DNA of 64,000 nt from an uncultured Acidobacteriota bacterium. GTDB taxonomy: Bacteria > Acidobacteriota > UBA6911. A program made the translations under genes and the position numbers. Location: NCBI GenBank assembly GCA_963827655.1, contig CAWHCF010000051.1, positions 13,322 to 77,321 on the forward strand. The letters are read 5' to 3'. Under the pieces are notes generated by a model that had not been told where the DNA came from, searched no databases, and saw only the letters and a program-made list of their open reading frames with translations. Below, piece after piece: positions 57,697 through 64,000 of the stretch (position 1 is its first letter; each line of letters starts with the position of its first letter).

Positions 57697-60600
57697 TCAG
57701 CGGGTCGCTTTCGAGGCCCAGTCCGCGCGAATCTCGTCCAGGCTCAAAGCGGAAACGGCACCGGTAGGGTCGATCCGTCGCGCGGCCAGGAGCCGCGCCA
57801 GCAGCGAAAGCTCCGCATCCGAGCCCCGCGACGAGTCGCGCGACAAGTCCCACTCGCGCACGGCACCGTTGCCGATCGTCACCAGGCGGAGGCCATCCGG
57901 GCTGAACGCGGCATGAACTACCCCACCGGGGTGCGAGAGCGGCGGTGTCAGGGGCTGGCCCGTGGCGACGTCCCAGATGCGAGCGGTGCCATCGCTGCCG
58001 GCGGTCGCGAGGAAACGACCGTCCGCGCTTACGGCAACGTGTTGTATAAGCGTCGCCGGTCCGTGGCCAAGCGGCGTCGTCGTCGGCTTGCCTGTGTCGG
58101 AGTCCCAAATGCGGGCGAACCCGCTTCCGGTCGCAATCACCAGCGCACGCCCGCCACTCGCAAACGACAGCCCCGTGACCCTGATGTTGTCCGGCCGGAG
58201 CGGGGGAAAGAGCCGACGACCGGTCGCGGCATCGAACACGAGCACACCCGTTCTTTGTTGTACCATCGCGAGCCTGGTGCCGCTCGGGTCGAATGTCGCC
58301 CGATCGACGTCGGGCACCTGCAGTCCCGGAATCTCGTGTCCTTTCCCCACGTCCCACATGCGAGCGCCTTCGGAACCGATCGTGAGCAATCGCCTGCCGT
58401 CCGGCGAGAACTCGATCTGCGTGAGGTATGAGTTGCCATGTGGAAGGACGAGCGACTTGGCCCCGGTCGCGAGATCCCAGACAGCGACTTCATGGCGGCC
58501 GCCCACCTGCCCGGCCGATGCCAGCTTGCGTCCGTCCGGGCTGAAAACAGCCTGGCGTGCCCGCCGGCCATGGCGCAGAGACTGGACCTCTGCGCCGGTG
58601 GTCGCGTTCCAGATCCGCACCAGGCCGTCCGCGCTAGCGGTCGCGATGCGCTGACCGTCAGGGCTGATTGAGGCCTGGTAGATCTGGGCGCGCGGCGACA
58701 GCGACACCGATGTCCACGCCGCGACATCCCACACCTTCACCTCGAAATCGCTGACGGTCATGACGTGCTTGCCGTCAGGATGGAACGCGGCTCGGTTAAC
58801 GGATTCGTGTGGATACTTCGGACCGGTCTCCAGATTCCAGACGCGGACGATCTCGTTCTGGGTGATGGTCGCCAGCCACATGTGCTCCGAGGAGAAATCG
58901 ACGCGGGAGATCGATTCCTCGTGGTACAAAGGCGCAGTGAGCAGATTCCCCGTGTTGGCATCCCACACGCGAACGGAGCGATCATGGCTCGCCGTCGCGA
59001 ACCTGCTGCCGTCGCGACTGAACGCGGCATCGAACACGACGTCGTCATGCGTGACGCCGAAAATTTCCCTCACGTCCTCGAGGTCCCACACGAGCACCCG
59101 GCCATAGCCGGTCGCGAGCACGGCGACCCGGCCGTCTGGACTCAGCTCAATGTGATTGACGTCGCTCCAGCTCTCGAGCAGCGTCGGCCGGCGGTCGTCG
59201 CCAATGTCCCACAACCTGGCCGTGTAATTGGCGAGCGTGAGCACTCGCCGGCCGTCGAGTCCTATATCCACTTCCTGGAGATTGTCAGTGTGTGGCACCT
59301 GTACGTGGGAGACCACACGACTTTCAGGGCCGAGGGTCCAAACGTGCGCGGTATTGTCCGTAGTGCCGCTCAACACGCGTCGTCGGTTCGCGGCAATCCA
59401 GGCGAACGACACGGGTTTTGCATGTTGAAGGGAAGCCAGGAGCGTGGCGCGGTCGAAATCCCACAACCGAAGTACTTGATCGTCACAATCGGTCATCAGC
59501 ACGCGGCCGTCGTCGCTGAACGCGGCATCCTTGACCGCGCATGGATGCGCCATCCGCGCGAGCGCGGCGCCGGAAGTACCGTTCCAGGTGCGTACGTCTC
59601 CTGCGGCGCCGGCAGTGGCGATCACGACGCGATTGGCGTCGGCATCGACGGCCAGCAGCCGCAGTCCGTCTCCCGGAAGCTTGAGCTGTACGCGCGTACC
59701 CGTGCGCGTTTCCCACAGGCGCGGCTCGACCGCGGGCCCGAGCTCGAACGAGGGGCGCCCGTCGCTCGAGACGAGGTCTCCTTCGACGGCGTTCGTGATG
59801 GCATAACGGTCTCCGCGGCCGAATGTGACCCAGCGTCCGAGCGAGCGACCGGTCGCTGGCCGGTCGGTCGCCCACATCTGGAGAAGCCGTGGATGCTGCG
59901 CGAGCGTCGAACGAAGCCGCAGCCTCTGAAGGTCGTGGCCTGGCGCGCCGGCTTCGAGGCGGAGGGCCTCGGCGAACCAGAGCGCGGAACCCGAGAGGTC
60001 CTTGTCGTCGAGCCGTCGCACCCCGTTCGCCACCACCAGCCGGACGAGACTCTGGCGGCTCTCTTCCCGCTGCTGCCGTGCCAGGTTTCGCTGCTGGATT
60101 GCGACGACGGCCCCCACCACGGCGCCGACGAGCAGAATCGTCAACGCCGCGACAGCCGCTGCGGTCACCTGCCGTGTCCTGCGGTACTGCTTGACGTCCT
60201 CACCCACAAGGTCGTCGATCGGGAGTTGTCGCAAGGTTGCCGAGAGCCGCGCCACGGCATCGAGGAATTCTGGGCGCCGTGGCGAGAGATCCTTGGCCGT
60301 CCTGGCCCAGCGCAGGTCCAGATGCAGGGGCTCGGCGTGGAACACGCCTCGCAACCGCGCGGGCAGGCAAGTCGTGCGCGTCCAGTCGAAATCGCCGGCC
60401 GCGTCATCCCAGCAGAGCTCGCCATCGGTCCAGACGATCAGCAGACGATCGGCCGATCGGACAGAGAGAAACGCGTCGACCTCCTGAGCGACCCACTGCG
60501 ATCGCGCGGCCTGCTCGGACGCGAAGAGGATGAAGTATTCAGAGGCTTCGAGCGCCACGCGGATCGCGTCCCACAGGTCCGGCGTGAGTCCGAGCCCGGT

Positions 60601-60762
60601 CGTGTCGCGGAATACCCGGATGGAGCGGCGGCGATACCACGGGGTGGCGAAGCGCTGCAGACTCGACTGAATGACCTCGACAAGCCGGCCGTCGGCCGCG
60701 TGGCTGTAGGACAGAAAGGCCGTGTACTGAAGCCCGACCGAAGATGGCGTGTTCGACGGCAA
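57697..60762 (-). CDS. TIR domain - transmembrane helix - WD40 repeat protein
   Basis: AFLSYSH, VFRD, SQWVAQEV (TIR); TM AAAVAALTILLVGAVVGAVVAI; more than 12 WD40 repeats (FSPDG..LATA..DG.ARIWD). Confidence 0.92.
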   Translation of the reverse strand: MPSNTPSSVGLQYTAFLSYSHAADGRLVEVIQSSLQRFATPWYRRRSIRVFRDTTGLGLTPDLWDAIRVALEASEYFILFASEQAARSQWVAQEVDAFLSVRSADRLLIVWTDGELCWDDAAGDFDWTRTTCLPARLRGVFHAEPLHLDLRWARTAKDLSPRRPEFLDAVARLSATLRQLPIDDLVGEDVKQYRRTRQVTAAAVAALTILLVGAVVGAVVAIQQRNLARQQREESRQSLVRLVVANGVRRLDDKDLSGSALWFAEALRLEAGAPGHDLQRLRLRSTLAQHPRLLQMWATDRPATGRSLGRWVTFGRGDRYAITNAVEGDLVSSDGRPSFELGPAVEPRLWETRTGTRVQLKLPGDGLRLLAVDADANRVVIATAGAAGDVRTWNGTSGAALARMAHPCAVKDAAFSDDGRVLMTDCDDQVLRLWDFDRATLLASLQHAKPVSFAWIAANRRRVLSGTTDNTAHVWTLGPESRVVSHVQVPHTDNLQEVDIGLDGRRVLTLANYTARLWDIGDDRRPTLLESWSDVNHIELSPDGRVAVLATGYGRVLVWDLEDVREIFGVTHDDVVFDAAFSRDGSRFATASHDRSVRVWDANTGNLLTAPLYHEESISRVDFSSEHMWLATITQNEIVRVWNLETGPKYPHESVNRAAFHPDGKHVMTVSDFEVKVWDVAAWTSVSLSPRAQIYQASISPDGQRIATASADGLVRIWNATTGAEVQSLRHGRRARQAVFSPDGRKLASAGQVGGRHEVAVWDLATGAKSLVLPHGNSYLTQIEFSPDGRRLLTIGSEGARMWDVGKGHEIPGLQVPDVDRATFDPSGTRLAMVQQRTGVLVFDAATGRRLFPPLRPDNIRVTGLSFASGGRALVIATGSGFARIWDSDTGKPTTTPLGHGPATLIQHVAVSADGRFLATAGSDGTARIWDVATGQPLTPPLSHPGGVVHAAFSPDGLRLVTIGNGAVREWDLSRDSSRGSDAELSLLARLLAARRIDPTGAVSALSLDEIRADWASKATR

Positions 60763-61058
60763 TGGCAGTCTTGCCGCCTCTCATGCTGTCTGTTCGCACA
60801 GGGATGCCAGGGCGGCAAGTTCCTCCCTCACGTTCTTAGACATCGCCTGTCAGCTGGGTCCCGGCGGTCTGACCGGCCCCTGATCCTCACGGAACCGCGC
60901 TCTCGCAGCCTCGAACGGATCCTTGAGACGTATCCGGATAGTCGAATTCAGCTGTAAGCTCGACCGCCGTCTAACGCAACTGCCCCTCAGAGCCCCAGGG
61001 TCGATCGCGACCGGATTTTACGTCAAAATGATGCGGCCGGCAGCGGTGCTGATCGGCC

Positions 61059-62891
61059 TCAATCCAGCCGCATTTTCTTGAGTAACCTGACGAATCTCGA
61101 GTCCGCCCGCAGATCGTCGACGCCGTAATCCACCTTGATCCAGAGAAGCCCTTGTGACTGGCTCGCCTCGGCCCGGTCGAGAGCAGCAAACGCGGCATCC
61201 TTGTCGCCGAGGGCGGCGTAGATTGTGGCAATCTCGTAGTCGTAGGCGGGTTTTCCCGCAGACACTTGCTGCAGCTCTGCGATGACTTTGACAGCGTCGT
61301 CTCTGCGGCCCAGTTTGGCATATGTGAATCCGAGATGGCCGAGCACCCAGGCCGTCCGGCGGATCGAGGCGGCCTTCTGGAATCGCTGAAGAGCTTGCTC
61401 GTAATCACCCAGGCCGGTCGCCGCCATTCCCAGGAATACCCAGGGTGCCGGTTGGGTAAGGCTGATTTTTTGGGAAGCTTCCAGCGGCTCGAAGGCCTTG
61501 CGATACTGGCGAGCCTTGATGTAAGCGTTGGCCAGTTGATTCAGATAATGATTATTATCTGGATACATTGCAGAAGCTCGCTGTAGCTCTTCCACCGCTT
61601 GATCGAACCGCCCGGTCGGGATGAGAACCAGGTAGGCGTAGTCAAGCCGGGCGTCAAGGTACGTGGGGTCAAGCTCGATCGCGCGTCGGAACGCCTGTGC
61701 GGCGCCGGTCCAGTCCTGTTCGTAATAGACTTTGACCCGCGCGACAGCCTGTTGGGCCTCGGCGAGCGTCGCATCGAGGGCGAGGGCGCGGCGGGCGGCG
61801 TCGGCAGCCTTCGGAAGTACGTCGCGGGGCTTGGCCTCCCCCCAGTCCACAGCCATGACCCACGCCAGAGACATACCCGCCCACGCCAGGGCATAGTCAG
61901 GATCGGCAGTGACGGCAGCCTGATAGAATTCAACCGACTCGAGGGGCGCGTAATGGCTAAGGTAAGCGGCGCGGATGTAATGATGCCAGGCTTCGACGTT
62001 GGGGCTGGGCGGACGGACCAGCGCGCGCTGCGTGGTCTTCAGATCCAGACGGAAGCGCCGGAAGATGTCGTCGGCGACCTCGTGCTGGATGTCGGAGAGT
62101 TCGGCGATCTCGCGCTCGTAGGTGTGGGTCCACAGATGAAATCCATCCCTGGTGTTGACCAGCTGTGCGATGACTCGAATGCGGCTGCCTTCTATCCGCA
62201 GGCTTCCCTCCAGAACAGCCTGCACCTTCAGCGTTTCGCCTATATGGCGCACGTCAACAGGCCGGGCCCGGTATTGTGAGACCGAGGTGCGAGAGGCGAC
62301 ACGCAGACCTGCCAGGCCTGACAAACTGGTGATCAACTCCTCGGTCAGACCCTCACACAGTTGCTCTTTGTCCTTCGACGGGCTCATGTCGACAAAGGGC
62401 AATACGGCAATGGAGGGGGTGGGCGCGGGCTGGGGCGCGGGCAGCGGCTTGACAAGCCAGCGGTAGGCGGCAATGGCGATCAGAGCCGCGAGGGCGATGC
62501 CGGCTGTGACTCCGAGCCGGAGACGGCGACCGGATTCAGGCGGCTGTACGGGGAGAACTTCGTGAAAGGTAGGGACATAACTCCCCTTGGGAATCTCGAT
62601 ATGCACCGGCTCGCCACGGCCTTCCGTTTCGTAATACGTGGCAAGCCGTTTCCGGAGCTTGGCAGCCTGCACTCGAACCAGTGAGTCGATCTGCGCGTCA
62701 TAGGACGACCGCCCGAAGACTTCCAGCGCAATGGTGTATTCCTTGATCTCATCGGCATGGCCGGATGCCGCCTTCTCTACTACGTAACGAAGGAGACTCG
62801 CCAGGGCATCGCTGTGGGCGAAGGTCTGGCCCGCGATAATACGATCCACGGCCGCCTTGACGTCCGGGGGCGGAGGTGTCTTTCCTTCCAT
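61059..62891 (-). CDS. Membrane-anchored regulator: N-terminal winged-helix-like domain, TM, TolB-like domain, TPRs
   Basis: LLRYVVE...IKEYTIALEVFGR...VRVQAAKLRKRLATYY...IEIPKGSYVP; SIAVLPFVDMS; VASRTS; LEGSLR; C-terminal LRADSRF..LLKKM. Confidence 0.88.
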   Translation of the reverse strand: MEGKTPPPPDVKAAVDRIIAGQTFAHSDALASLLRYVVEKAASGHADEIKEYTIALEVFGRSSYDAQIDSLVRVQAAKLRKRLATYYETEGRGEPVHIEIPKGSYVPTFHEVLPVQPPESGRRLRLGVTAGIALAALIAIAAYRWLVKPLPAPQPAPTPSIAVLPFVDMSPSKDKEQLCEGLTEELITSLSGLAGLRVASRTSVSQYRARPVDVRHIGETLKVQAVLEGSLRIEGSRIRVIAQLVNTRDGFHLWTHTYEREIAELSDIQHEVADDIFRRFRLDLKTTQRALVRPPSPNVEAWHHYIRAAYLSHYAPLESVEFYQAAVTADPDYALAWAGMSLAWVMAVDWGEAKPRDVLPKAADAARRALALDATLAEAQQAVARVKVYYEQDWTGAAQAFRRAIELDPTYLDARLDYAYLVLIPTGRFDQAVEELQRASAMYPDNNHYLNQLANAYIKARQYRKAFEPLEASQKISLTQPAPWVFLGMAATGLGDYEQALQRFQKAASIRRTAWVLGHLGFTYAKLGRRDDAVKVIAELQQVSAGKPAYDYEIATIYAALGDKDAAFAALDRAEASQSQGLLWIKVDYGVDDLRADSRFVRLLKKMRLD

Positions 62892-62909
62892 GGGTTACGG
62901 CCTCAGGTA

Positions 62910-62945
62910 ACGTACGGTTAACGTCCAGTGTACGTCCGTTCACGT
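62910..62945. promoter_or_regulatory. Helically phased direct repeats (candidate wHTH operator)
   Basis: ACGT at 62910, 62921, 62932 and 62942 (period 11/11/10). Confidence 0.5.
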
Positions 62946-62997
62946 CACATGCCAATCAACAATTCGCACAATGATCCTGCGCGGGGAGGGTTGCGTC

Positions 62998-63064
62998 GGT
63001 CACTCAGGGGGCCGGCCGCCGCTGTCTGGCGATGGCAACCGGGCGAACGCTTCAAAACCGGCAG
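62998..63064 (+). repeat. 67-bp diverged copy of 63422..63488
   Basis: 57/67 identical, ungapped. Confidence 0.85.
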
Positions 63065-63337
63065 AGAAGGCCATTCGCCCGACCTTTGGATGCGAGCGCA
63101 CGCTGATCTCTGGCCCAGGCAGGTGTGGATCAACGCTCGGGCGATCAGCAACCTTACGGCACTATCGCCGCCAGTGCCTTAAGAGCGTGATCCCGTTTTT
63201 GAGCAATTTGCGCCATATGGAGCGAGGGGAGGGAACGAATCCCTTCGGTGAGTCAAGCGAAATAATTGGCAGATTGAATTCAAGGTGAAGCGGAGCCGCG
63301 AGGCAAACGGGTCACGGTTTTTTCGAAGGAGAGTTTT

Positions 63338-64000
63338 ATGTCGAAGCTGACAATCCATAGCAGGCAACGGGCTGTTCGGGTACTGGCACTGGTCGCGTTG
63401 ACGAGTCTGGCCGGACTGGCGGGTCACGCAGGAGGCCGGCCGGCGCTGTCCGACGGTGGCAACCGCGTGATCGCTTCAAAGCCGGCAGGCCGGGCGCTCC
63501 GCCGCGCGGCAAAACGGCTTCTGCCAAGACTCAGGAATCCATACGGATTCTGAAGCAGCGAGGAGAGTACGAATCCCTGAGAGCGGCCGTGGAGAAATCC
63601 CGGTACGGTCTGCGGGAACAGAAGAGCACCAGCGTGTCCGGCTCTGCGAGCGGGTATATCGCATCGAACCATGCCCAGAACTTTCGGACGGAGTTCACGA
63701 AAACCGGGGTGCAGCGTCGAGCCGCGTTCGGCAGACCAGCCCGCGTGGCGGTGGGGGCTGCGCCTGACGGGCTATGGCTACGGCGAGGCGTTGCAGCCGC
63801 TGTCGAAGACCGAGATGTCTTCTGCCGGCAATCGCGTGGAGTATCGCTACTTTGTCACCCCTCCCTCGAAGGGGAAGGAAAAGGATTCGACTCCGCTCTC
63901 GGGAGGGAACGGAGAAGAGCGCGTCGCGCTGACCGAGTGGTATGTGAACGATGCGCGCGGGATTGAGCACGGGTTCACACTGTCCTCTCCGCCCGCCGGA
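63338..64000 (+). CDS. Secreted protein N-terminus of the type found in FG-GAP/integrin-like repeat proteins (two frameshifts, runs off the right edge)
   Basis: RBS AAGGAG; signal peptide; reconstructed YIASNHAQNFRTEF...WRWGLRLTGYGYG...NRVEYR...LTEWYVNDARGIEHGFTL. Confidence 0.7.

Noticed and set aside
58765-60957. Long antisense ORFs (also 803..1783, 13515..14702, 46003..47418, 53958..55475)
   Set aside because: Shadow ORFs opposite well-supported genes in GC-rich DNA, with no recognisable motifs.
1-64000. tRNA, rRNA, riboswitch, integrase or transposase genes
   Set aside because: No cloverleaf or T-loop context, rRNA-like tract, recognisable aptamer or recombinase motif was found by eye. 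A tRNAscan/Infernal run would be needed to exclude them formally.

Overview
A GC-rich bacterial chromosomal segment, most likely Acidobacteriota. This assignment is inferred from an Oar-type TonB-dependent receptor, a DUF1549/DUF1553+DUF1501 pair, an ADOP permease fragment and acidobacterial-type hypothetical proteins. It holds about 50 mostly metabolic or envelope genes: a Tat-signal ThDP enzyme, gdhA, acs, P450, cnoX, three tandem MFPs with a MacB-type permease, an amidohydrolase trio, erpA, folB, dispersed nuoB/nuoD/nuoI, radical SAM, map, a Fur-rubrerythrin fusion, an msrPQ-like pair, glcD and xdhC. The window ends in an accessory block (TIR-TM-WD40, wHTH-TolB-TPR regulator, FG-GAP-type protein). 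At least 12 genes carry single-base frameshifts, probably long-read indel errors. No rRNA, tRNA, CRISPR array, transposase or reverse transcriptase was found. The most striking signal is non-coding: a dense set of short-period inverted-repeat elements. Heptamer-array hairpins (GACGATT/AATCGTC, TGCGGAT/ATCCGCA, AGAAGTC/GACTTCT) sit at gene ends and often supply the stop codon. One lies in frame inside a CDS, and one encloses a whole four-helix-bundle (23S-IVS/Avd-like) gene as the loop of its stem. This suggests a loaded/empty mobile hairpin system. A nonamer repeat family (about 15 loci), a two-copy structured ~105-bp element and a nested REPIN/MITE cluster are also present.
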